Source of the DNA: an uncultured Actinomycetes bacterium
GTDB taxonomy: Bacteria; Actinomycetota; Actinomycetes; S36-B12; CAIYMF01
Direction: 5' to 3'
NCBI GenBank assembly: GCA_963843975.1
Contig: CAWJMG010000003.1
Location: 1,290,001-1,322,000 of the forward strand
Length of the DNA stretch: 32,000 nt
A program made the position numbers and the translations under genes. Positions 1-9,213 of the stretch are shown here, piece by piece. Position 1 is the stretch's first letter. Every line of letters starts with the position of its first letter. The notes under the pieces were generated by a model. That model was not told the origin of the DNA, ran no database searches, and worked only from the letters and a program-made list of their open reading frames with translations.

Positions 1-87
1 CGAGGGCTCCGCGCAGGACCGCCCACGGCACGCCGGACTGCTCGAGCGCGGTGAAGGCGGCGGAGAGGTCAAGGTGCACGGTGGACA
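1..87 (-). CDS. 5' end of a CDS running off the left edge (MSTVHLDLSAAFTALEQSGVPWAVLRGAL...), product unknown
   Basis: ATG at 87..85 on the minus strand. 29 codons to the window edge, 27 with G/C in the third position. No obvious SD. Absent from the ORF track because there is no stop in the window. Confidence 0.35.
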
Positions 88-138
88 TGGCGCTGGCGTC
101 CGCGGCAGTGCCGACCTCGTCCGAGGGGGACGTGACCA

Positions 139-2991
139 CTACGACAGGACCTCGATCGCGTTGACCTGCGGGTTGTCCGTCTTGCGACCGAAGGTGATGA
201 CGATCGGGCTGCCGGTCGTGACCGTGAACGTCTTCACGATTCCCCGCTTCGCACCGCCTGCCGCCGACACGATGTCGAAGCCGGTGAGGACCTTGGTGCC
301 GTTGATGGACACATCGAAGACCCGCTTGCCCGTGGCGGTCCAGTAGGTCTCGGCGAAGTAGAGCCGGACGGTGTACGTCTTCAGCCCGTTGACCGGCATG
401 GTCCAGATCATGTTCTTGCCGCCGGACAGGTCGTAGCGCGAGCTCTGGAAGAGCGCGGCCGGCGTCCCCGCGGGGATGGACGGGTCGGACACGTTGATGG
501 CCGAGGTCGTCGTCGCGACGCCCGTCTTGGTCGACCCGGAGTTGGACCAGGGCGACCGCGACGTGGCGGTGTCGACGAGCCAGCCGCCCGTGAGCGCGGC
601 GCCGCCGGCGTTGACGCGGTCGAGCGGCGTCAGTGCCGGAGCGGGGCTCACGACCACGGTGGTGCTCGCGGAGGTCGAGCCTCCCGCGTTGGTCGCGGTC
701 AGGGTCACGGTGTAGGTCCCTGCCGCCGTGAAGGTGTGCGACGGGCTCTGAGCCGTGCTGGTGCCGCCGTCGCCGAAGTCCCACGCCCACGACGTCGCAC
801 CGCCGGTCGAGGTGTTCGCGAACGTCACTGCGAGCGGCGCGCTGCCCGAGGTGGCCGACGCCGTGAACGACGCGGAGGGAGCCGCCGGGAGGCTGACGTC
901 CACGGTGGTGCTCGCGGAGGTCGAGCCGCCTGCGTTGGTCGCGGTGAGCGTGACGGTGTAGGACCCGACGGCCGTGAACGTGTGCGACGGGTTGCGCGAG
1001 GTGCTCGCGCCGCCGTCGCCGAAGTCCCACGCCCACGACGTCGCGCCGCCGGTCGAGGTGTCGGTGAACGACACCGCCAGGGGCACGGTGCCGGACGTGG
1101 CCGACGCCGTGAACGACGCGGTGGGTGCGACGGGGGCCGCTACGTCGACGGTGGTGGTGGCCGTGGTGGAGCCGCCGGCGTTGGTGGCGGTGAGCGTGAC
1201 GGTGTACGAGCCCGATGCTGAGAACGTGTGCGAGGGGCTGCGCGAGGTGCTGGTGCCGCCGTCGCCGAAGTCCCACGTCCATGAAGTGGGGGCACCGGTC
1301 GACGTATCGGTGAACGACACGGGGAGCGGTGCGGTGCCGGACGTGGTCGACGCCGTGAACGACGCAGTGGGCGCGACGGGCGCTCCCACCTGGATGACGG
1401 TGGTGGCCGTCGTCGAGCCGCCGTCGTTCGTCGCGGTGAGCGTGACGGTGTAGGCGCCGGACGCGCTGAACGTGTGCGACGGGTTGCGCGACGTGCTCGT
1501 GCCGCCGTCGCCGAAGTCCCACGCCCACGACGTCGCACCGCCGGTGGACGTGTCGCTGAACGACACGGGAAGCGGTGCCGTGCCGGACGTCGTCGACGAC
1601 GTGAACGACGCGGTGGGCGGCGTGACACCGCCGAAGTCGGCGAACCAGTAGCGGGGGCTCGTCTCCGTCGCCGCCAGCACGAGCACGCCCGATGCGGCGG
1701 TCGCCGGCAGCTTGGCCGACGTCGCGTTGTTCATCGAGGCGTTCGACGCCTCGCGCAGCACCGGCACGCCCGCGCCCGAGAACGACAGTGCCGAGAGGGA
1801 GCTCGACTTCTCGTAGACCGTGCCCTGGAACGCCACGATGCCGGCTGTCGAGGGACCGGTGTAGAAGGCGTGGAGCTGGTCGTCGGCCGGGTCTACGACC
1901 ACCATGGGCCGAGTGCCCGAGTCGGCGACGGTGGCGAACGGCGCGGTCGTCCAGGTGCCCGAGGCCGGGGTGTAGACGGCGGCGACGAGCAGCGGGTCGG
2001 TGGGCACGGACGGCGAGGCGTCGTTGCGGCTCGTCTTGAGCACCACGACGACGCGCTGGGCCGGGTCACCCGGGATCGCGCGCAGGTTGAGGTGGTCGTC
2101 GGACATCAGCGTGCCGGACACGATGGGTGTCGCCGTCCACGTGCTCGTGGTGTCCACCCGCCGGGCCGACCACACCTGCCCGGTGGCCTGGTTGCTCCAG
2201 GCCAGCGTCGTCACGCCGTCCGCCGAGACGATCGCGGAGATGTCGTCGGAGGTGAGCGACGTCGCGGTCGCGGAGTCGGTGGTGGTGAGGTTGTTCATCA
2301 ACGGGATGAAGCTCGTGCCGAACAGCACCGACGCGGCGTCGGCCGACGCCGTGGTCTGCGCGAGGTAGACGCGCTTGTTGAGGGTCCAGGTCGCCCAGAT
2401 CCTGCCGAGCGCGTTCTGCGCGATCGTGAGCGCCTCGACCGACGTGCCGGTGATGCTGATCGGGAACCCGGCGTCGGGAGTCCAGGTCGAGCCGTCCCAC
2501 GAGTAGCGGAACAGCCGCGCGGGCTCCAGCGCCGAGGTCGTCGTGGAGCTCGCAGCCACGGCGTGCGACGCGACGAACAGGTGCGTGCCGTTCCAGAGGA
2601 CGTCGGCCTGGGTGGCTCCGCGGGTGTCGAGATCGACGCCGGTGTCGACCCAGGTGCCGGCCGCACGGTCGAGGCGGTGGATGCGGTATCCGCCGGTGAC
2701 CGGTGATGCCATCGAGGCCCACCACGAGCCGAAGGCATACCAGAGCTTGCTCTCGGGCTTGGGCGCCGTCGGTGCAGCGGTGGCGAAGCCGGCCAGGCTC
2801 GCGCCGGGGGTGCCGATGTCGCCGGGTGCCGCGCTGGCGGCAGGGGCTGCGACGAAGGAGACCGCCACGAGGAGGGTGGCGGTGAGGCTGGCCACGAGCG
2901 AGGCGGCCACGAGGCGGGTGCTCCGGCGCGCGACGGGACCGCCCCCGGGCTTGCGCGCGGTGGTCCCCGTGGTCGTTCGTCGCCCGTTCAT
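139..2991 (-). CDS. Secreted multidomain protein, paralog 1: signal peptide + unassigned ~400-aa Asp-box-like domain + 4 PKD repeats + C-terminal malectin-like carbohydrate-binding module
   Basis: 950-codon ORF with strong GC3 bias. N-terminus has an Arg-rich n-region, a hydrophobic core (LVAASLVASLTATLLVAVSFVAA) and an AASA|AP cleavage-like site. aa ~56-447 is a domain shared with the three downstream paralogs (KPESKLWYAFGSWWASMAS..YRIHRLD..). aa 460-787 holds four 82-aa PKD units (SWAWDFGDGG..YTVTLTATN). aa 788-950 is malectin-like (RVNAGG..YTVRLYFAETYW..GKRVFDVSINGTKVLTGFDI). Confidence 0.9.
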   Translation of the reverse strand: MNGRRTTTGTTARKPGGGPVARRSTRLVAASLVASLTATLLVAVSFVAAPAASAAPGDIGTPGASLAGFATAAPTAPKPESKLWYAFGSWWASMASPVTGGYRIHRLDRAAGTWVDTGVDLDTRGATQADVLWNGTHLFVASHAVAASSTTTSALEPARLFRYSWDGSTWTPDAGFPISITGTSVEALTIAQNALGRIWATWTLNKRVYLAQTTASADAASVLFGTSFIPLMNNLTTTDSATATSLTSDDISAIVSADGVTTLAWSNQATGQVWSARRVDTTSTWTATPIVSGTLMSDDHLNLRAIPGDPAQRVVVVLKTSRNDASPSVPTDPLLVAAVYTPASGTWTTAPFATVADSGTRPMVVVDPADDQLHAFYTGPSTAGIVAFQGTVYEKSSSLSALSFSGAGVPVLREASNASMNNATSAKLPATAASGVLVLAATETSPRYWFADFGGVTPPTASFTSSTTSGTAPLPVSFSDTSTGGATSWAWDFGDGGTSTSRNPSHTFSASGAYTVTLTATNDGGSTTATTVIQVGAPVAPTASFTASTTSGTAPLPVSFTDTSTGAPTSWTWDFGDGGTSTSRSPSHTFSASGSYTVTLTATNAGGSTTATTTVDVAAPVAPTASFTASATSGTVPLAVSFTDTSTGGATSWAWDFGDGGASTSRNPSHTFTAVGSYTVTLTATNAGGSTSASTTVDVSLPAAPSASFTASATSGSAPLAVTFANTSTGGATSWAWDFGDGGTSTAQSPSHTFTAAGTYTVTLTATNAGGSTSASTTVVVSPAPALTPLDRVNAGGAALTGGWLVDTATSRSPWSNSGSTKTGVATTTSAINVSDPSIPAGTPAALFQSSRYDLSGGKNMIWTMPVNGLKTYTVRLYFAETYWTATGKRVFDVSINGTKVLTGFDIVSAAGGAKRGIVKTFTVTTGSPIVITFGRKTDNPQVNAIEVLS
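631..1614 (-). repeat. Four tandem 246-nt coding repeats (PKD units) inside paralog 1
   Basis: The string cgccgaagtc recurs at 771, 1017, 1263 and 1509, an exact 246-nt period. Long exact matches occur between units, e.g. ggtggtgctcgcggaggtcgagcc near 658 and 904. Confidence 0.9.
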
Positions 2992-3121
2992 CGCGATGAC
3001 AGACTAGGGGCGCGGAGGCTCGGCGAGGGTGGCCCGAAGGGGGGATTACCACGGTGAGTCACGGTTATTCAGCCGTTCGGACCACTCCAGGAGCCTCGAG
3101 GATGCTGATCGTGTGACGCCC

Positions 3122-4078
3122 ATGTTGCGCAGTGTGAGCGTGGTGATTCCGACCCGGAACCGCCGGATGAAGATCTCCGCCCTGCTCGACCGCCTGCTGG
3201 CCGATCCGGGCGACCACGAGATCGTGGTCGTGGACGACGGGAGCCTCGACGGCACCCCGGCGATGCTGGCGGAGTACGCCGCCCGCGACTCGCGCGTGCG
3301 ACCCGTCGTCGGCCCGTCAGGTGGCGCCTCCGCTGCGCGCCTCGAGGGCGCGCGCAGCGCCACCGGCGAGATCCTCGTCCTGCTGGACGACGACGTCATG
3401 CCCGAGCCCGGGCTCGTGGCGGCCCACGCCGCGCACCACGTCGGCACCGACGACGTCCTGGTGCTCGGCTACATGCCGACGACCGTCCCCGACCCGCTCC
3501 CCCGCGGTGCCTTCGCGACGCTGCTCTACGCGCAGGAGTACGAGAAGGCGTGCACCGGCTACGCGTCGGACCCCGACCTCGTCCTCACCGCGCTGTGGAT
3601 GGGCAACATCTCCATGTCGCGGCGCCGCTTCCTCGAGGCGAACGAGCCCGGGCGCGTCCCGCCCTTCACCTACCGGCACGAGGACCGCATCCTCGGCCTG
3701 GTGCTGCGCGACCTCGGCGTCCACGGGGTCTTCGACCGCTCGATCCTCGCGCGGCACGAGCACCACCGCCCGCTCGACGCGTTCCTGTCGGACTGCTTCG
3801 AGAACGGCCGCGGTCGCGAGGCGATCCACCGGCTGTACCCCGACGTCCTCCCCGAGGCGTCCGACGACGTCTACCTCGACGGCCTCCCCGGCCCGGCACG
3901 CTCGCTCGTCGCGGCGACCCGTCGCGAGCCGCTGCGGCGCGCCATGGTCGCGGCGCTGCGCGGCGGCATCGTCGCTGCGGGAGCGGTCGGCTCGCGCAAC
4001 GGCGAGATCCAGCTCGCGCGCGTGGTGCGCAAGGTCGAGCAGCTGCACGGTGCCCGCACGCTCGACGCCGCGGGCTAG
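3122..4078 (+). CDS. Family 2 glycosyltransferase (GT-A fold)
   Basis: MLRSVSVVIPTRNRR..EIVVVDDGSLDGT..ILVLLDDDV (DxD) are classic GT2 N-terminal motifs. ATG 3122 was chosen. In-frame GTG 3113 lies 10 nt after GAGGA (3098-3102) and is an alternative. The track ORF start 3029 adds an implausible leader. Confidence 0.85.
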   Translation: MLRSVSVVIPTRNRRMKISALLDRLLADPGDHEIVVVDDGSLDGTPAMLAEYAARDSRVRPVVGPSGGASAARLEGARSATGEILVLLDDDVMPEPGLVAAHAAHHVGTDDVLVLGYMPTTVPDPLPRGAFATLLYAQEYEKACTGYASDPDLVLTALWMGNISMSRRRFLEANEPGRVPPFTYRHEDRILGLVLRDLGVHGVFDRSILARHEHHRPLDAFLSDCFENGRGREAIHRLYPDVLPEASDDVYLDGLPGPARSLVAATRREPLRRAMVAALRGGIVAAGAVGSRNGEIQLARVVRKVEQLHGARTLDAAG

Positions 4079-4101
4079 ACCCGGTCTGGAGGTCGGGCGG
4101 G

Positions 4102-6765
4102 TCAGGCCCGCGCGGTGAAGGCGGACGTCGGGAGCGACGGCAGGTTCCACCCGAGCGGGCCGAACGCCTTCACCTGACAGGTGTAGCGCCGGCCAGGCAC
4201 CAGCCCCTTCACCGTGCCGGTGCGCAGGACCCCGACCTTCGACGCGCCGTCGACGACGCGGACGTACGCCACCGCCGACGTCGTACCCGCCCTGCAGAGC
4301 ACCTGGTACGTCGAGATGGGCTCGCCGTTCATCGACGGCACCCGCCACTGCACCCTGGCAGAACGCGGGCCGACCGTGCGCGTCGGCTTCGCGATGCGCG
4401 AGGCGGTGGCGGTGACCAGCACGCGCGATCCCGGGGCCGCCGTTCCGGCATGGTCGACCGTGTTCGTCCCCGCGCCGTTGGTCGCGGTCAGGCGGATCGC
4501 GTACGAGCCGGTCCGCGCGTAGACGTGGCGGACCGTCGTCCCCGGGGCCGCCTGCTGCGTCGTGCCGTCGCCGAAGTCCCACAGCAGCGACTCGGGCGAG
4601 CCGTTCGTCGTGTCGGTGAGGTCGACGGCGAGGAGGTCCTTGCTGGGCCGCGCCAGGGTGAAGCCGGCGGACGGCGGCCCGCCGACGATCAGGCTCGCCT
4701 CGCTGGTCGAGGTCGACCCCTGAGCGTTCTCGACGGTGAGGCGCACCACGACCGGCCCGGCGTGGGCGTAGGCGTGGACCGGACTCTGGTCGGTGCTGAT
4801 GGCGCCGTCGCCGAAGTCCCACAGCCACGAGGTCGGCGCGCCGGTCGAGGTGTCGGTGAAGGCGAGCGCGAGCGGCCCGGTCTCGACCGCCGAGCCCCAC
4901 TCGAACGCCGCCACGGCCGGTAGGTACGACGTGACGGTCGTCGACGACGTGGTCGAGCCGCCTGCGTTCGCCGCGGTCAGCGTGACCGTGAACGTCCCCG
5001 TCGAGGCGAACTCGTGCGTCGGGCTCTGCTCGGTGCTCGCGGCGCCGTCGCCGAAGTCCCACGCCCACGACGTCGCCGCTCCGGTCGTGGTGTCCGTGAA
5101 CGCGACCGTCATCGGCGCCGTACCGGTGGAGGTGGAGGTGGTGAACGAGGCGACCGGCGGCAGCGGCAGCACCACGATCGTCATGCTGGCCGACGTCGAT
5201 CCCCCGGCGCTGGTGGCCGTGAGGGTCACCGTGCGGCTTCCGACGTCGGTGAACGTGTGCGTGGCGCTCTGATCGGTGCTCGTGCCGCCGTCGCCGAAGT
5301 CCCACGCCCACGACGTCGGGCCACCCGTGGAGGTGTCGGCGAACGACACCGTCAGGGGCACCAGGCCGGTGGTGACCGTGGGCGTGAAGGACGCCGTGGG
5401 GGCGGCGGGCAGGCGCGGACCGGAATCGGCGAACCAGTACTGCGGCGCCGTGGCGGTGGCCGCCAGGACGACGACGCCGGACGCCGCCGTGGCCGGCTGC
5501 CTGGTCGAGGTCGCGTTGTTCATGGTCGCGTTCGCGACGTCGCGCAGAACCGGCGTCCCGTCTGCGGGGAAGTCCAGGGACGACAGGGACGACGTCTTCT
5601 CGTACACCGTGCCCTGGAACGCCACGATCCCCGGGGTCGAGGGTCCCGTGTAGAACACGTGCAGCTCGTCCGTGGCGGGCTCGACGACGGCCACGGGACG
5701 CGTTGCGGACTCCGCGACCGTGGCGATGGTCGCGAGCGACCACGTGCCCGACGCCGGCGTGAAGACCGCCGCGCGGAGCAGAGGATCCGTCGGCACCGGC
5801 AGCACGGCGTCGTTCAGCGAGGTCTTCACGACCGCGACGACGCGGCCGGCGGGATCGCCCGGGATGGCGCGCAGGTTGAGGTGGTCGTCGGACATGAGCG
5901 GCCCGGACATCACCGGCACCGCCGACCACGTGCTGCCCGCATCGGTGCGCCGCGCCGACCACGTCGTGCCTGTCAGCTGGTTGCTCCACAGCAGGGTCGT
6001 GGCGCCGTCCGCGGACACGATCGTCGAGATGTCGTCGGCCTCGAGCGTCGTCGCCGCGAGCGAGTCGGCCGGTGCGAGGTTGTCCATCAGCGGGATGAAG
6101 GCCGTCCCGAACGTCACGACGTCGGCGTCGGCGGACCCCGTCGTCTGCGCGAGGTACAGCCGCCGGTTCAGCGTCCACGTCGCCCACAGCCGGCCGGTCC
6201 CCGTCTGCGCGATGGTGAGCGACTCGGACGACGTGCCGGTGATGTCCACCGGGAAGCCGGCGTCCGGGGTCCAGGCCGATCCGTCCCACGAGTACCGGAA
6301 CAGCCGCGACGGCTCGAGCGCCGACGTGGTCGTCGAGCTCGCGGCGACCGCGTGGGATGCGACGAGGAGGTGGGTGCCGTTCCAGAGGACGTCGGCCTGC
6401 GTGGCCGGGCGCGGGTCGAGAGCCACTCCGCTGTCGACCCACGAGCTCGTGCCGCGGTCGAGCCGGTGGATCGAGTAGCCGCCGGACGTCGCGGAGGCCA
6501 TCGACGCCCACCACGAGCCCTGCGCGAACCAGAGCTTGCTCTCGGGCTTGGTGGCGGTGGGAGCCGCGCTCGCGAAGCCGACGAGGGAGCTGCCCGGCGT
6601 GCCGAAGTCTCCGGTGGCCGCGCTCGCCGGGGCGGCGGCCGGCACCGAGAGCCCGACGAGCAGCGTCGTGAGCAGCGACGTCGCCAGCACCGGCACCAGG
6701 GCGCGCGCACGCGCACGACGTGGCCGCAGCCGCGCCGTGGCGTCTGCTCCCCGTTGGCCGCCCAT
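4102..6765 (-). CDS. Secreted multidomain protein, paralog 2: signal peptide + shared N-terminal domain + 4 PKD repeats + C-terminal FN3-like domain
   Basis: Start moved to ATG 6765 (MGGQRGADATARLRPRRARARALVPVLATSLLTTLLVGLSVPAAAPASA|ATGD). The upstream 286 codons of the 1173-aa track ORF are Arg-rich and overlap paralog 3. Contains KPESKLWFAQGSWWASMAS..YSIHRLD, PKD units at roughly nt 4425-5403, and an FN3-like tail at 4105-4401 (AKPTRT..VQWRVPS..YTCQVKAFGPLGW..FTARA). Confidence 0.88.
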   Translation of the reverse strand: MGGQRGADATARLRPRRARARALVPVLATSLLTTLLVGLSVPAAAPASAATGDFGTPGSSLVGFASAAPTATKPESKLWFAQGSWWASMASATSGGYSIHRLDRGTSSWVDSGVALDPRPATQADVLWNGTHLLVASHAVAASSTTTSALEPSRLFRYSWDGSAWTPDAGFPVDITGTSSESLTIAQTGTGRLWATWTLNRRLYLAQTTGSADADVVTFGTAFIPLMDNLAPADSLAATTLEADDISTIVSADGATTLLWSNQLTGTTWSARRTDAGSTWSAVPVMSGPLMSDDHLNLRAIPGDPAGRVVAVVKTSLNDAVLPVPTDPLLRAAVFTPASGTWSLATIATVAESATRPVAVVEPATDELHVFYTGPSTPGIVAFQGTVYEKTSSLSSLDFPADGTPVLRDVANATMNNATSTRQPATAASGVVVLAATATAPQYWFADSGPRLPAAPTASFTPTVTTGLVPLTVSFADTSTGGPTSWAWDFGDGGTSTDQSATHTFTDVGSRTVTLTATSAGGSTSASMTIVVLPLPPVASFTTSTSTGTAPMTVAFTDTTTGAATSWAWDFGDGAASTEQSPTHEFASTGTFTVTLTAANAGGSTTSSTTVTSYLPAVAAFEWGSAVETGPLALAFTDTSTGAPTSWLWDFGDGAISTDQSPVHAYAHAGPVVVRLTVENAQGSTSTSEASLIVGGPPSAGFTLARPSKDLLAVDLTDTTNGSPESLLWDFGDGTTQQAAPGTTVRHVYARTGSYAIRLTATNGAGTNTVDHAGTAAPGSRVLVTATASRIAKPTRTVGPRSARVQWRVPSMNGEPISTYQVLCRAGTTSAVAYVRVVDGASKVGVLRTGTVKGLVPGRRYTCQVKAFGPLGWNLPSLPTSAFTARA

Positions 6766-6893
6766 AGCCACACCACGGTACGAGGCGCAACGGCGAGGCC
6801 CTGACGGCTGGCCCCCCGTACGCACGAGGCGTGAGCAGGTTTCATCCGTTCGGCCCATGCGGGCCGGGCCGGACAGCGCCGAGCGTGACCGGC

Positions 6894-9077
6894 TCAGGCG
6901 CGGGCGGTGAAGGCCGTCGACGCGACGGACGGAACGTTCCAGCCGAGCGGCCCGAACGCCTTGACGACGCAGGCGTAACGGCTCCCCGCCGTGAGGCCCT
7001 TGACGGTCCCCTGCCGCGCGGCGCCCACGGTGCCGGCACCGTCGGCGACCTTGACGTACGCCGCCTTGAACGACGTACCCGTCCGGCACAGCACCTGGTA
7101 GGTGGTGATGGGCGCGCCGTTGGCGGCGGGAGCCCGCCACCTCACGGTGACGGCTCGCGGGCCGGGCAGCGTCCTCGTGGGCTTGGCGATCTTCGCCGCC
7201 GTCGCGTGGACGACGACCCCGAGGTCGACCGAGGAGGTCGGGCGGTCGACCGTGCTCGATCCCACCCCGTTCGTGGCCGTCAGGGTCACGACGTACGAGC
7301 CGGCGACGGCGTAGTCGTGGTGCACCGTGGCTCCGACGGCGGCCGCGACGGGTCCGGAACCGTCGCCGAAGTCCCACGTGACCGACTCGGGAGCGCCGGT
7401 GGACGTGTCCGTCACGTCGACGGCGAGGAGCTGCCTGCTGGGCTGGGTCACGGTGTAGCTCGCGACCGGGGGGATGCCGACGACGATGCTGCGCGAGAAG
7501 GTCGAGGGCGGCCCGCTCGCGTTGTCGACCGTCAGCCTCACGACCACCGGGCCGGACGTGGCGTACGTGTGCGTCGGGCTCTGCGACGTGCTCGTCGTGC
7601 CGTCGCCGAACGACCACTGCCACGATGTGGGCCGCCCGGCCGAGGTGTCGGTGAAGCGCACCGACAGGGGATCCGCGCCGGCCGCGGTCGAGAACGCCGC
7701 GAGCGCCGGCGCGCCCGCCGCTCCGCCGGAGGTGGCGAACCAGTAGCGCGGCGCGGCCTCGGTTGCGGCGAGCACCACCACGCCCGAGGCCCCGCTGACC
7801 GCCTGCTTGGTCGAGGTCGCGTTGTTCATCGTGGCGTTCGTGGCGTCGCGCAGCGCAGGCGTTCCCGAGGCGGGGAAGACCAGCGTGCCGAGGGGCGCCG
7901 ACTTCTCGTACACGGTGCCCTCAGCCGCAACGCCGCCGGCCGACGACGGGCCGGTGTAGTAGACGCGCAGCACGTCGCTCGCCGGATCCACCACGGCGAT
8001 CGGCCGCGTCGCCGACTCGGCCACGGTCGCGATCGTGCCCGCGGACCAGGTGCCGAGGCTCGGCGTGAACACGGCAGCCACGAGCAGCGGGTCGGTCGGC
8101 AACGACAGCGCAGAGTCGTTGAGGCTCGTCTTGAGGACGGCGACCACGCGGCGGCCCGGGTCGCCAGGGATCGCACGCACGTTGAGGTGGTCGTCCGACA
8201 TCAGGGGCCCGGACAGGATGGGCAGGGCGGTCCAGGTGCTGCCGGCATCCGCGCGCCGCGCGGACCAGGTCTGGCCTGTGACCTGGTTGCTCCATACCAG
8301 CGTCGTCACGCCGTCGGCGGACACCACCGTGGAGACGTCGTCCGCGTCGAGGGTGGTCGCTGCGGTCGAGTCGGCGGCGAGGAGGTTGCCCATCGTCGGG
8401 ATGCCGGCGCTGCCGAACGCGACCGCTGCGGCGTCCGCCGACCCGGTGGTCTGGGCGACGTACACCCGGCGGTTCTTGGTCCAGGTGGCCCAGATCCGGC
8501 CGGCCGAGGTCTGCGCGATCGTGAGCGACTCGGCCGACGTGTCGGTGATCGTCACCGGGAACCCGGCGTCGAGCGTCCAGGTCGTGCCGGTCCAGGAGTA
8601 GCGCAGCAGCCGAGCCGGCTCCACGGTCGAGGTGGCCGTGGAGCTCGAGGCCACGGCGTGCGAGGCGACGAACAGGTGCGCCCCGTTCCACAGCGTGTCC
8701 GACTGCGTGGCGCCGCGGGCGTCCAGGACGACGCCGGTGTCCACCCAGGTGCGGGTCGGACGGTCGAGCCGGTGGATCGTGTAGCCGGTCGCCGATGCCA
8801 TCGACGCCCACCACCAGCCGTTGGCGAACCAGAGCTTGCTCTCGGGCTTCGCCGCAGTGGGGGTCGTGCTCGCGAAGCCTGCGAGCGAGGCCCCGCGGGT
8901 GCCGGCGTCCCCGGTGGCGGCCTGAGCGGCAGGGGCCGTCACGACCGACACGGCCACGAGCGCCCCCGCGACGAGCGCCGTGACCACGGCGGGAACCGTC
9001 GCTCTCCGCAGTCCGCGGGCGACGGAGAGTGGTTGCGGCGCAGGGGAAATCGGCGCCCTGCCCACCCTCTGGCTCAT
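6894..9077 (-). CDS. Secreted multidomain protein, paralog 3: signal peptide + shared N-terminal domain + 2 PKD repeats + FN3-like domain
   Basis: 727-codon ORF. Signal peptide ..VTALVAGALVAVSVVTAPAAQA|ATGD. Contains KPESKLWFANGWWWASMAS..YTIHRLD. Two PKD units at roughly nt 7210-7700. FN3-like tail at 6897-7193 ending TAFTARA. Confidence 0.88.
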   Translation of the reverse strand: MSQRVGRAPISPAPQPLSVARGLRRATVPAVVTALVAGALVAVSVVTAPAAQAATGDAGTRGASLAGFASTTPTAAKPESKLWFANGWWWASMASATGYTIHRLDRPTRTWVDTGVVLDARGATQSDTLWNGAHLFVASHAVASSSTATSTVEPARLLRYSWTGTTWTLDAGFPVTITDTSAESLTIAQTSAGRIWATWTKNRRVYVAQTTGSADAAAVAFGSAGIPTMGNLLAADSTAATTLDADDVSTVVSADGVTTLVWSNQVTGQTWSARRADAGSTWTALPILSGPLMSDDHLNVRAIPGDPGRRVVAVLKTSLNDSALSLPTDPLLVAAVFTPSLGTWSAGTIATVAESATRPIAVVDPASDVLRVYYTGPSSAGGVAAEGTVYEKSAPLGTLVFPASGTPALRDATNATMNNATSTKQAVSGASGVVVLAATEAAPRYWFATSGGAAGAPALAAFSTAAGADPLSVRFTDTSAGRPTSWQWSFGDGTTSTSQSPTHTYATSGPVVVRLTVDNASGPPSTFSRSIVVGIPPVASYTVTQPSRQLLAVDVTDTSTGAPESVTWDFGDGSGPVAAAVGATVHHDYAVAGSYVVTLTATNGVGSSTVDRPTSSVDLGVVVHATAAKIAKPTRTLPGPRAVTVRWRAPAANGAPITTYQVLCRTGTSFKAAYVKVADGAGTVGAARQGTVKGLTAGSRYACVVKAFGPLGWNVPSVASTAFTARA

Positions 9078-9136
9078 GCGGGCAGAGCGTACGTCACCGG
9101 GGCTCGCGGTGCAGGTGCCACCCCTGCATCACGCGC

Positions 9137-9170
9137 GAAGGGGCGCCCTCCGCGAGGAGAGCGCCCCTTC
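9137..9170 (-). terminator. GC-rich hairpin downstream of paralog 4 (intrinsic-terminator-like, no U tract)
   Basis: gaaggggcgc (9137-9146) and gcgccccttc (9161-9170) are exact reverse complements, giving a 10-bp stem and 14-nt loop. It lies 44 nt past the paralog 4 stop (9214) on the minus strand. Confidence 0.5.
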
Positions 9171-9213
9171 GTGCTGTCGAGCGGTCGAGCGGTCGAGCCG
9201 TCGATCTAGCTGA

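Noticed and set aside
74-346. Plus-strand 90-aa ORF at the left edge, and other 60-160-aa ORFs scattered on both strands.
   Set aside because: They overlap stronger genes, lack an SD, and have non-coding GC3 patterns.
631-1614. Regular 246-nt periodicity that could superficially suggest a repeat array or CRISPR.
   Set aside because: There is no short-repeat/unique-spacer organisation. The whole tract is one open reading frame encoding PKD domains.
3317-6790. Very long ORFs overlapping or antisense to the paralog genes. Examples: 3317-6790 minus (1157 aa), 5014-6804 plus, 6831-9209 plus, 1474-2706 plus, 9565-10746 plus.
   Set aside because: Their translations are Arg/Gly/Pro/His-rich low-complexity strings with poor third-position GC. 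They are the usual stop-codon-free shadow frames of >70% GC DNA. The frames I annotated have recognisable domains and signal peptides.
6766-7623. N-terminal 286 codons of the 1173-aa track ORF for paralog 2.
   Set aside because: The stretch is Arg-rich nonsense overlapping the FN3 and PKD coding region of paralog 3 in another frame. A clean signal peptide begins at ATG 6765.
9177-9204. Octamer TCGAGCGG repeated about 3.5 times just downstream of the paralog 4 stop.
   Set aside because: It is short, GC-rich and low-complexity, with no partner motif elsewhere in the window. There is no functional inference I can support.
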